A stretch of DNA of 64,000 nucleotides from Raja brachyura (Eukaryota): positions 34,286,001 through 34,350,000 of the forward strand of contig OY740786.1 in the NCBI GenBank assembly GCA_963514005.1. Reading direction: 5' to 3'. Under the pieces are notes generated by a model. It was given only the letters and a program-made list of their open reading frames with translations. It was not told where the DNA came from and did no database searches. Each line of letters opens with the position of its first letter. Within the stretch, counting starts at the first letter, position 1. Positions 36,121 to 47,920 of the stretch are shown in pieces. A program made the position numbers and the translations under genes.

Positions 36121-37873
36121 AACTCCTTCTTTGTTCGCTTTGAGGCAAAACTAGAAGAGCTTGTCACCATTCTTCCACCAGCCCCTAACAACAACAACTA
36201 CACCCTCACTGTGCAGGAGCATGAAGTGAGGCGGGTGCTCAGGGCGGTGAACCCGAGGAAGGTTGCCGGACCGGATGGCGTGACAGGAAGGGTTCTGAAG
36301 GAATGTGCAGACCAGCTCTCCGAGGTCTTCACGAAAATCTTCAACCTGTCCCTGTCCAAATCCATCATCCCACCGTGCCTGAAGTCTGCTACAATCATCC
36401 CACTACCAAAAAAGCCTGTTATCCGCGGCCTTAACGACTACCGACCGGTCGCTCTCACACCAGTCATCATGAAGTGTTTTGAGAGGCTGGTTCAGCAGCA
36501 CATCAAAGCCAGCCTACCGTCCATCTTCGACCCACACCAGTTTGCCTACAGAGCAAATAGGTCCACTGAGGATGCCATTGCCACTGCCACTGCTCTTCAC
36601 ACTGCACTGACCCACCTCGAACACCAGGGGAGCTATGTGAGGATGCTCTTCATTGACTTTAGCTCTGCCTTCAATACCATATAACAATTACAGATTCTTT
36701 AGAAATTTGATTCAAGAAGGATAGTCAAACATGACCTTCCAGGCACAAATCCATGTTGACTGTTCTTGATCAGACCATCAATACCATCATCTCCAGCAGA
36801 CTGGTCACCAAACTCATGGATTTAGGACTTTCCCAACCTATCTGCCTTTGGATCAAGGACTTTCTGTCTAACCGCCCCCAGACCGTCAGACTGGGCCATC
36901 ACCTCTCCACCCCCATCACACTCAGCACCGGCTCCCCACATGGCTGTGTGTTGAGCCCCCTCCTTTACACACTCTACGCCCACGATTGTGCCCCCGCCCA
37001 CTCCACCAACACCATCGTCAGGTTCGCCGACGGCACGACTGTGGTTGGACGTATCTCAGGAGGAGATGAGACAGCCTACAGGGAGGAAGTCCAAAGACTG
37101 GCAGCGTGGTGTTCAGACAACAACCTCATCCTAAACACCACAAAAACAAAGGAAATTATCATAGACTTCCGTAAGAACAGTGCAGCCCTCCAACCCCTAT
37201 TCATCAATGGGGACTGTGTGGAAAGGGTCTCAGACTTCAGATTCCTGGGCACACAAATTGCGGAGGATCTCTCCTGCACCACAAACACCACCACAGTAGT
37301 CAAGAAGGCCCAGCCAGGACTCTACTTTCTGAGGATCCTCAGGAAAAACAACCTGGAAGAGAAGCTGCTGGTGTCCTTCTACCGCTGCTCTATCGAGAGT
37401 GTGCTGGCGTACTGTATAACCACATGGTATGCCAGCTGCTCTGCAGCGGACAGGAAAGTCCTTCAAAGGGTCATCAACACTGCCCAAAAAATCACTGGCT
37501 GCCCACTGCCTTCCCTGAAGGACATCTTCAGCTCTCGCTGCCTTGGCAGGGCAGCCAACATCCTGAAGGACCCTTCCCACCCTGGACACAACCTATTCCA
37601 CCTGCTGCCCTCTGGCAGATGGTACAGGTCTTTCAAAACTCGCACGAACAGACTCAGAGACAGCTTCTACCCCATAGCCATACGTGAGCTTAACAATGCA
37701 AAATAAGAAATAACACTCACATTCAACTGAGTTGTTCTTTTATATGTATATATTTTTACCCTTCCTTATATTTTAAGATTGTTCTTGTGAATCGCACCGT
37801 TGGATTGACTTTTTAAATTTCGTTGCACCATGTGCAATGACAATAAAGAGATTCTGATTCTGATTCTGATTCT
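36121..37873 (+). mobile_element. Rex1/Babar-like non-LTR retrotransposon, 5'-truncated
   Basis: RT motifs KVAGPDGV, LNDYRPVALT, QFAYRANRSTEDA, FIDFSSAFNTI, GSPHGCVLSPLL and FADGTT, with C-terminal HPGH..F.LLPSGR. The 3' tail is (GATTCT)n at about 37850-37873. A 97-bp insertion interrupts it at 36681-36777. Confidence 0.85.
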
Positions 37874-38125
37874 GAGATGAGGACAAACTTTCTTCACCCA
37901 GAGAGTTGTGAACCTGTGGAATTCTCTGCCACAGAAGGCATTGGAGGCCAATTCACTGGATGGTTTCAAGAGAGAGTTACATTTAGCTCTTCAGGCTAGC
38001 GAAATCAAGGGACATGGGGAAAAAACAGGAAAGAGGTACTGATTTTAGATGAACAGCCATGATCATATTGAATGGCCGTGCCAGCTCGAAGGGCCGAATG
38101 ACCTATTCCTGCACCTATTTTCTGC
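37873..38125 (+). mobile_element. CR1 3' fragment continuing the piece at 35935-36015, split by the Rex1 insertion
   Basis: The CR1 sequence ...ttaggactgag|atgagga... is interrupted at 36015 and resumes at about 37873. Confidence 0.75.
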
Positions 38126-38938
38126 ACTTGATTTTGAAGCATTCATGCATGGTGGAGGTATAATGTAGTCATAGAGTGATACAGTGTGAAAACAAGCCCT
38201 TCGGAGCAACTTGCCCACACGCGCCAACATGTCCCAGCTACACTACCTGCTTTTGGTCCATATCCTCCAAAACTATCCTATCCATGTATCAGTCTAACTG
38301 TTGCTTAAATGTTGGGCTAGTCCCTACCTCAACTAACTCCTCTGGCAGCTTGTTCCATACACCCACCACTCTTTGTGTGGAAAAAGTTACCCCGTAAAAA
38401 GTTACCTCTTAAAAATATTTCAAACAAAAAACATTGAAATCATACTTCTACAATGCACAAAACAATGCATGATTTTAATACATCAAATTTGCGTGTGGGT
38501 GTGTGGTCAGTTGTCAGAGCATTTATTGCATCCTGCATGACAATATTGCACCAAGTGATGGATGAACCCAATTTTTTCTTCCCAGTGTAAAGCAAACTTT
38601 CTAAAAGCAGAATTAACAACTAGGTTCATCTTTAAACACGTCTTAGCATTTGAGACATTATTGGGCTGTGACCTTCGAACACTGGAAAGAAAAGGACCTA
38701 TTCTCTCACCATATTTACCAAGTCAAAGGGGTGAGCTGCTCAGTTCCTGTGTACACTTCCAATGGCTGTGGTAACACCAATTTGTAACAGTGATTCCACC
38801 TAATTAAACAAACCTCTGCTCTATGTTGCTGGTAAGAAAATTGCTTCCTTACCACTGCCTTCTGCTTTGATACTTCCAAGACACTGCAGGCATTTCAGAT
38901 CAAAAGTAAACCACTGAGCACCAGATATTTTTTATTTA

Positions 38939-39081
38939 NNNNNNNNNNNNNNNNNNNNNNNNNNNNNNNNNNNNNNNNNNNNNNNNNNNNNNNNNNNNNN
39001 NNNNNNNNNNNNNNNNNNNNNNNNNNNNNNNNNNNNNNNNNNNNNNNNNNNNNNNNNNNNNNNNNNNNNNNNNNNNNNNNN
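38939..39081. other. Assembly gap
   Basis: Run of N. Confidence 1.
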
Positions 39082-42000
39082 NTAAATTAAAAAAATATAT
39101 ATATAAAGCATCGTCATTTTTTCCTTTCCTTCCGAAAGAAAACATTCCAAGTAGCTGTAAGTCAAACACACGCCCTGTTTGGAAACCAGCTTGCAAAAGC
39201 TAATTCACTTCGTAAGTATTGAGAGTTCAAAAACATGTGTAACAGAAAGCAGGCCGTTGCCCTGGTTCCAATTACAATTGCTGTATTACTTCATGTTGGC
39301 CAAAATTAACTGCATTTCAAAGGCATTAAAATCTAACCATGATGTTCTGCTAAACTGAGAATTCGGCATTTTTGTGCAAAGTGATGTTAGTCTTGCCCTC
39401 CTGTTGTTACAGTTGCAATATTTAAAGTGGAACCACATGGTTTCTACTGGGTTTACATTGGAAATAGTTGCTGCAAGTGTAAAGGTTAAAGTTGGTAGAA
39501 AGATAACTTTGCACGTGGTCTATGGGGACCTATGCATGGATGAACTTCCTCTTTCCGTTACAATGCGTCTATCGAGAAATCCATGAGAGGAATATCATTG
39601 TGTACATAATCATGAGAGGAATAGATCGGGTAAACACACAAAGTCTTTTGCGCAGAGTAGAGGAATCGAGAACCTGTGGACATGGGTTTAAGGTGAGGAG
39701 TTAAAACGATTTAATGGTAACCTGAGGGTAACTTTTTTTACATGAAGGATGGTGGATGGAAGGGTAAAGCTGCAGAGGAGATAGTTGAGGCAGGTACTAT
39801 TGCAATGTTTAAGAAACACTTAGACAAATACATGGATCGTTTAGTTTAGTATAGTTTATAGATACAGTACGGAAACAGGCCCTTTGGCCCACCGAGTCTG
39901 CACCGCCCAGCGATACCCGCACATTAACGCTATCCTACACACACTAGGGATAATTTACAATGTTATTAATTAGCCTGCAGACCTATACTCTTTGGAGTGT
40001 GGGAGGAAACCGGAGCTCCTGGAGAAAACCCACATGGCCACGAGAAGAACGTACAAACTCCGTACATACAGCACCTGTAGTGATGATCAAACCCAGGTCT
40101 CTGGCGCTGTAAGGCAACAACTCTACTGTTGCACCACCGTGCCGCCCGTCGAGGCATAAGTTTGGAGGGATAAGGGCCAAAAGCAGGCAGGTGGGACTAG
40201 TTTAGATTGGCCTGTCGGTTCGCGTAGGCATGTTGGGCCAAAGGGCCTATTTGTGGAGCCCATCGAGCACCCTTCTAGAGTAATCCCATTAATTTTCATT
40301 CTTCCAATATTCCTATCAACTTCTAGTCTCCAAATTCTACCATTCACCTTTATATAAGGGGCAATTAAATTTTTCCTCTCTTACCTTAAAGCTATGTCCA
40401 CTGGTTTTTGATCCCCCTACTCTGGGAAAAAGACTGTGTATTCATCTTATTTATTTATCTCATGATCTTATACACCTCAGAGAGTCTTCTGTGCACCAAA
40501 GAATAAAGTCCTAGCCTGCCTTGTCTCTCCCTATAGCTCAGGACCTCAACTCGGTTGTTTTCATATATAGTTGGAAAATTATTTGCTCACTCGGGACTAG
40601 ATCTGAGTCAAGCAGTCCAATAATTCAGGAATAGTCGAGGGGATCTGGTGATTCTAAAGAATGTCATCAAGATATGCTTTGAAATTGTCTACTGTAGAAA
40701 GAAGACTTTGTTTGGCTACTGCCACTGAATTAACAAATATCATGTAATTAAATAGATGAATTATATCTTCATTGTCTGCAATAAATAGGCCACTAATGTA
40801 CAACCCCAAAAGATTGTTTGTGCAAACCAAACATGCACTGAACGGAAATTACAATAAATTCTTACGCTGCATGTCTTATACAGTGGTTCTTAATTTCTCC
40901 ACTTTCTTGGCAGGTTAAGAATGGAGTGCCTTGGCCAGCATGCTGGGATTATTTACAACGATCAGCCAAAAAATATTTATTAAAAAATTTTAAGAATCTG
41001 ATATTAGGCTATTCTTTCAATCACTGTGATCCTTCATTCTAAATCTAAAAATGGTCCTATCATCAAATTACACCAGATTTGAATTGGGAAATGACATGCA
41101 CATGTAAAGTTGGAGGCAAATATTATATTCTGCAAAACAGAAGAAACCAAACTTCAAAAGCACGGTGCTGTTGATCAATTGCTTTACGACAGCCTAATAT
41201 TGTGGAAGATTATAAATGCCAGCATTCCTTTCATCAATCTTTTTGTGCTTTTCCTGAAAAACAAATTTCTTTCACGATGTTGATATTTGATCCAGTTTAC
41301 GTTTAATCTGCTTTTTGTATATAATCTGTGGCTATTGTTTATTTGAATGTTGCTGACATGTATTCAACTTTGGTTCAACTGGAAAACCAGACAATCTGGT
41401 GCATTGCACATGGCCTAATCTTTATACAATAGTGAAGACTGTGTACATCTAACCTGCAAGCATCACCGTAACGCCAACTCTCAAACAGCACTTGCATGCC
41501 TTCTTGTTAAGACTATTTCTCAGTGAGAATAACCGTACATAGTGTGAGGAAGATACAACTAAATACTAATTTTGGGAGGGATAACAACATTCATATGTGG
41601 CGAAGGGGATCACTATAAAGTTTAAATTACATTTTTGTATATAATAATCATGTTGAGAATTACATCCCTATAATTAAAAATATAGAATTATTCAATAGTG
41701 ATGGTGAAATGGAAAATCTTCAAGTTAAAATGAGGTCATGCCTTAATAGTTTTAGTTTTCATGCCTTTCACCAACAGCACAGTGGTGCAGCGGTAGAGTT
41801 GCTGCCTTACGGCGCCAGAGATCTGGGTTCAAACCCAACTACAGTCGCTGTCCATATGGAGTTTGTAGTTCTCCCTGTGACTGCGTGGATTTTCTCCGGG
41901 TGCTCTGGTTTCCTCCCACATCCCAAAGACAAGCAGATTTGTAGGTTAATTGGCTTCTGTAAATTGCCCCTAGTGTGTAAGATAGAACTAGTGTACGGGT

Positions 42001-42515
42001 GATAGGTGGTTGATGTGGACTCAGTGGGCCAAAGAGCCTGTCTCCACGTTGTATCTCCAAACTGAACTAAACCAAACTAAACAACAACTGTGCAGACAAG
42101 TGTTAGGAATTATGTTTCTTACTGTTAGAAGTGTAACATAAGTATGTTTTTATGAGCCAACAACCAGGGAGAGGCAGGAAGGAATACCTAATTCAGGAGA
42201 TGGCAGCTAATGCAGGAGATGCCTTTGATTGATGTTAGCCTTTGATTCAAAGTTGGAAAGTTGTTAGACCAGATTATTCCACTTAACGGAATGGCATAGT
42301 TTGAAGTTTTTACCTCTCCAGGCACACGCATTTCTTAAGTCAATTTGGATTCCTGTAGCTGTGGGCACAAGGAAACAAACCTTCATTTTTGAATACATTA
42401 CAACTTCTGTTACAAGGGAGAGGATGATGAAAGTGTCTGGTCTCTTTCTTTCTACTTAAATTAAATTTGTATTCTCCCTACTTAACATTCTCACCATATT
42501 TCTCTCCTCAATTTA

Positions 42516-42926
42516 AGGGCCTGTCCCACTTTAGGAGGTAATTCACGAATTCACCCGAGTTATTCATGAATTCTCCCGCGTTTTCCCCTTGATTCAAACT
42601 CGCAGAATATTCATAACGGGTCCGTTGGAGGCCGTAGGAGTCCGTAGATATATCATAGTGGCTCGTTATGCCAGCGGTAGATATTCGGGGCATCAGGTAA
42701 GTCGGGACGTTTTTCCAGCCTGATAACAAATGTCCATGAGTAAAAAAAATAGTCGGGAGGATGCCCGAGTACCCACGGCTGGTTTATGATATATCTATGG
42801 ACTCCTACGGCCTCCTATGGACCCATTACGAACATTCTGCAAGTTTGAATCAAGGGGAAAACTCGGGAGAATTCGTGAATAACTCGGGAGAATTTGTGAA
42901 TTACCTCGTAAAGTGGGACAGGCCCT
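42516..42926. mobile_element. PIF/Harbinger-like MITE related to 29088-29387
   Basis: Long TIRs beginning AGGGCCTGTCCCACTTTA; TTA and TAA flanks (a TTAA reading is also possible). Confidence 0.75.
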
Positions 42927-42929
42927 TAA

Positions 42930-43560
42930 CTTTTCCCCATTCCTCCCTCTATTTACCACTCATCCTTCGCCTCTCCACCTTTCTTCATCCTGCACTCTCA
43001 CCCTCACTCTGTTACTCACTTCATGCCCTCTTCTCCCCCCATGCCTTCCTCTTTATCACCGTCTCACACTTTCCCTTTACTTACTCCATCTCCTTAAATG
43101 ACACTTATCCCCATTTCTTCATCCTCTCACTCCCATCTACCTTGTCGTCTCCCCTCACTCTTTACACTTCTCTTTCCCTCCATCATTCTTTATCCTTCTC
43201 CCTGCATCTCCCCGAATCCTCCATCCACCTCATTCTTTGTCCCATTCTCTCCCTCCATCTTTCCCACTCCCACTATCATTTTGTGTCCCTCTCCCTCCCC
43301 CTCACTCTTTATCCCTCACCCACAGTAAACTTAATTCCCTCATTTTTACGTTCTCTCCCTCCATCCGTTTCTCTCACACTTTAGGAGGGAGAGATGGACC
43401 AGCCATGATTGAATGGCGGAGCAGACTGAATGGTCTGAATTGCCTAATTCTACTCCTATCACTTCTGACCTTGTCCATTTATCTCACCTATCTCTCCATT
43501 TCACCTCTCTCTCTCCGTTTAAACATTTCTCATCCTCTCTCTGTTCTTCTCTTTCACATG
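42930..43560. repeat. Polypyrimidine low-complexity tract
   Basis: C/T-rich degenerate sequence with a short CR1 tail embedded at about 43380-43465. Confidence 0.8.
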
Positions 43561-44419
43561 TATCAGCGGTAGAGAGGGTATCCAGGGCCCTCATAGTCCA
43601 CATGATCCGTGACCCTTCCATATAAATACAAAAACATCAAATAACAAAATATTTAAAAATGTACTTTTCACTGAGCTCCTTTTTAATCAATACTGCTGCC
43701 CCCCTGCATTCTACATCATCCTATTTAGACCATTAATTATCAAACAAATTTTCCTACTACATACAACATGACTGCACTACGCAATCTCCAAGGCTATAAC
43801 TAAACAACTAAGAGGAAGTTATTTCACTAAACAAGGGACATGACTAGGGTCACATTGAAAGTTGGTCTCCTTGCAAAATATGAATGTAAATTATAAATCT
43901 TAGAGCTGTCTCAGTACAGTCATTGTGCACTAGACTTTAATTATTTTAAATAGTTGTTGAAAAATTCAATACATATTTCAGTAGATTTAATGTGACATCA
44001 ACCATTAACATCTTGCTTTTTGTATTTTACACCACTAAAAACAAATACAAGCAGTAAATTATACAGGAATAGATTCAGGAATAGATCATTTCAATTCTCA
44101 CCATGAACAGTGCACACTCAACCCTTCCATTATTCTAAATTCATTTGCACAATGAAGTTCTGGTGTCCATGTCTCACAAGAGCAGGATGAGATCGTTCAC
44201 ATACTGAGGTTTCCTGCACCATTCACTGCTGCCCTGCCTCATAAACTGTGTTTCTATAAGCTCCTCTATCCATCACCATTTCTCATCACATGGCTTCAAT
44301 TGCCTTCGAAAGTCTGAATGATCTCAATTTCTTCACTGTGTGTGAAAATGTGTTTAGTTCTTTAAGGACGTGTTTTAAGGCATTTAAAGACAAGATCACC
44401 AAAATATTGAGAACCTACT

Positions 44420-46480
44420 TGTGGGTTGAGCTTGCACTACACCAACACCATGTTCCCAGCAAAATCAAGGACCTGATCCTGGACTATTACCATAATTTCA
44501 GGCTGAGGGCGACTTCTGGGTCAGAAACATCTGACTGGCATCGGCTTGGAAAAGGAATAATAACGGGCTGCACCATTTCTGTTATTCTTTTTGATCTTGC
44601 CATGAACATGGTGGCCAAGTCAGCCGAGGTGGAATGCAAAGGCCCCCTAACCAAGTCTGGTGTGCGACAGAGCTCAATTAGGGCTTTCATGGACTACCTT
44701 ACCATCACCACAACATCGGTCCCAGGAAGTAGGTGGATCCTACAAGGTCTTGAGAAACTTATCACCTGGGCAAGGATGAGTTTCAAGCCAACGAAGTCAA
44801 GGTCCATGGTGCTGAAGAAGGGGAAGGTGACTGACAGATTCCACTTCTTATTATCCGGAACTGCCATTCCCTCCATCACTGAGCAACCTGTCAAGAGCTT
44901 GGGGAAGGTTTTTGATGCAACTCTTTGAGACTCTGCCGCCATTCAAAAGTCCATCAAAGACCTTGAAGCCTGGCTCACCAAAGTCGACAAGTCAGGTCTG
45001 CCAGGCAGATTCAAGGCCTGGATCTATCAGCATTCCATCCTGCCCCGAGTCCTGTGGCCTCTGCTGGTTTACGCTGTTCCATTGACCACAGTTGAGTCCC
45101 TCGAAAGGAAGATCAGCGCTTTCTCCGCAGGTGGCTTGGCCTTCCACGCAGCCTCAACAGTGCTGCACTGTATGGGACCAGTAACATCTTGCAGCTCCCA
45201 TTCAGTAGCCTCACGGAAGAGTTTATGGTGGCGCGAGCAAGAGAAGCTCTGCAGTACAGGGACTCCAGGGACCAGAAGGTGTCATCGGCTGGCATCGAGG
45301 TGAGAACAGGGAGGAAATGGAGGGCGGCGAAAGCAGTGGAGGAGGCAGAGTCACGCCTAAGACAAAAGGCATTGGTGGGAGTCATGGCAACTGGCAGACC
45401 GGGTTTGAGATACTTCCCTAAGACACTGGTTGGCAAGGCCCAGGGCAAGGAGAGACACCATCTAATCCAGGAAGAGGTCCGAGCAGGTGTGGAGGAAGAG
45501 CGTGTGAGCAGGATGGTGGGGCTCAGGCAGCAGGGAGCATGGACAAGGTGGGAGAGCATACCGCAGCACAGGATTACCTGGCCAAACATCATGAAGGCAG
45601 ACTTCCAGCGCGTCCGGTTCCTTGTCCAAGCTGTCTACGATGCCCTACCAAGCCCAGCAAACCTCCACGTCTGGGGCAAGAGCGAGACACCTTCCTGCCC
45701 ACTTTGGTCTGGAAGAGGATCATTAGAACATCTCCTCAGCAGCTGCCCAAAGTCTCTTGGGGAAGGTCGCTATCGGTGGCGGCATGACCAGGTGCTCAAG
45801 GTGGTTGCTGAGAGCATAGCCACTGCCATCGGTAACAGCAAACACCACCATGCTCCAAAGAAATCTATCACTTTTGTCAAAGCTGGAGAGAAGCCTCGAC
45901 CACAACCAAAAACAAGGATGGGCCTCCTCTACACAGCCACTGACTGGCAGCTGCACGTCGATCTGGGCAAACAGCTGAAATTTCCACAGCACATCACAGC
46001 GGCCAGACCTGATCATCACCTCCGAAGTGACAAAACAGCTGATCATTCTGGAACTGACAGTGCCCTGAGAAGAGCGTATTGAAGAGGCTAATGAGAGGAA
46101 GCACGCAAAGTACCAGGAACTGGTGGAGATGTGCCAGGACAGAGGCTGGAAGACATGCTATGAGCCCATAGAGGTGGGCTGTAGAGGCTTTGCAGGACAC
46201 TCACTCTACAAAGTCCTCAACCAGTTGGGCATTACGGGGCTGGCAAAGAAGAGGGCCATTTAATCCGCAAGCAAAGCCGCAGAGAAAGCCACTAGGTGGC
46301 TTTGGATTAAGAGAGCTGATCCGTGGGCATTTGCTGCTGGGACACAAGTCGGGGCTTGATCAACCCCGGCTGGGACGCCTGGGCGAGGGTGTCTGATGAT
46401 GCGAGACCCGAAACACTCGATGACCCCAGGTCACATCACTGAGGATGCGTCCCAACGAATCTAAAAGATGTATCTCTCAC
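44420..46480 (+). mobile_element. HERO-like non-LTR retrotransposon with restriction-like endonuclease, 5'-truncated and degenerate
   Basis: RT motifs GIITGCTIS and FMD(Y). Zinc-knuckle remnant CPL.SGRGSLEHLLSSCP, then YRWRHDQVL, RPD, ELTVP*EE, KY..L and PIEVGCRGF, the PD-(D/E)xK RLE signature. Several stops and frameshifts. Confidence 0.8.
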
Positions 46481-46944
46481 ACTGGGGGAAATGATTTTCC
46501 CACTTATTCAGCAAAGAGACAAAAAGTGCTGGAGTAGATTCAGAAACTGTTTCTTCACAGCTTTAACCAGACAAATGAACCATCTTCTCACCATCTGGAG
46601 TGCAGCCCTGATCTCCCATCTACCTCACTGGAGAGCTGTGAACTATCTTTAATCGGACTTTATCTTGCACTAAATGTTATATCCTTTATCCTGTATCTGT
46701 ACACTGTGGGCGACTTGAATCATGTATAATCTTTTCATTGACTGAATAACACACGCAACAATAAAAAGCTTTCACTGTAGGTCAGTACAAATGACAATAA
46801 TAAACTAAACCAATAAACTGAACTAGCTTGTTGTGCTACTATGCGTACCTCAATAATTAAACGTTATTATTTATGACATTTTTCAATCTACAAGAAAGTC
46901 ACTGTAAGAACCCATGCCTTGCTGCTCAATGAAGACAATCACAA

Positions 46945-47920
46945 GACTCACCTCCTCCACTATAACACTGAACACCGGCGTGCCACAGGGCTGTGTGCTC
47001 AGCCCTCTCCTCTACTCCCTCTTCACGCATGACTGCATCCCCAAGTATGGCTCCAACGCCATTATAAAATTTGCCGATGACACCACGGTGGTAGGACTGA
47101 TTAGTGATAATGACGAATCAGCCTACAGGGAGGAGGTCCAGCTCCTGGCCACCTGGTGTGCCAACAATAACCTCGTCCTCAACTCCCAGAAGACGAAGGA
47201 AATAATTGTTGACTTTCGGAAGAACAGAGGGGGCAGACACACCCCCATCCATATAAACGGGACTGAGGTGGAGAGGGTCTCCAACTACAAATTCCTCGGG
47301 GTACACATCTCGGAGGATCTGTCCTGGTCCCTCAACACCTCAAAGCTGATCAAAAAGGCACAGCAGCGCCTTTACTTTCTGAAGAGGCTCAAAAAAGCCC
47401 ACCTGTCCCCCCGGATCCTGACGAACTTCTACCGCTGCACCATTGAAAGCATCCTGACCACCTGCTTTACGGTATGGTACAGCAGTTGCACCGTGGCAGA
47501 CAGGAAGGCACTACAACGGGTGGTGAAAACCGCCCAGTACATCATCGGTGCCCCGCTCCCTGCCATGGATGCCCTCCACCGAAAACGGTGCCTGAAGCGG
47601 GCCGGGAAGATCATCAAGGACCCCTCACACCCTAACCATGGACTGTTTGCCCTCCTCCCATCAGGGAGGCGGTACAGGAGCCTCAGGTCCCGCACCAGTA
47701 GGACGAAGAACAGCTTCTTCAACTACACCATCAGACTGCTGAACTCGGAGCCCAGCTGATAGACTTGTCTGTACCCTGTATTTATTTATTTCCGTACTGC
47801 TACCACTGCACTCTGTATTTATTTTTTCATATCGCTATCACTAAGAATGACGCTAAACTGCATTTCGTTGTACCTATACTTGTATTTGTGCAATGACATT
47901 AAACTTGAATTGAATTGAAT
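46945..47920 (+). mobile_element. Rex1/Babar-like LINE 3' portion with open RT C-terminus
   Basis: Motifs GVPQGCVLSPLLY, KFADDTT, KAQQRLYFL and HPNHGLFALLPSGRRYRS; 3' tail (TGAAT)n at about 47906-47920. Confidence 0.85.

Noticed and set aside
42761-43572. 207-aa and overlapping hydrophobic ORFs
   Set aside because: They derive from a MITE plus a pyrimidine-rich low-complexity tract.
46386-46420. CTGATGA...GAAAC in the HERO 3' UTR as a hammerhead
   Set aside because: The intervening tgcgagaccc cannot form stem II, and there is no convincing stem III or cleavage triplet.
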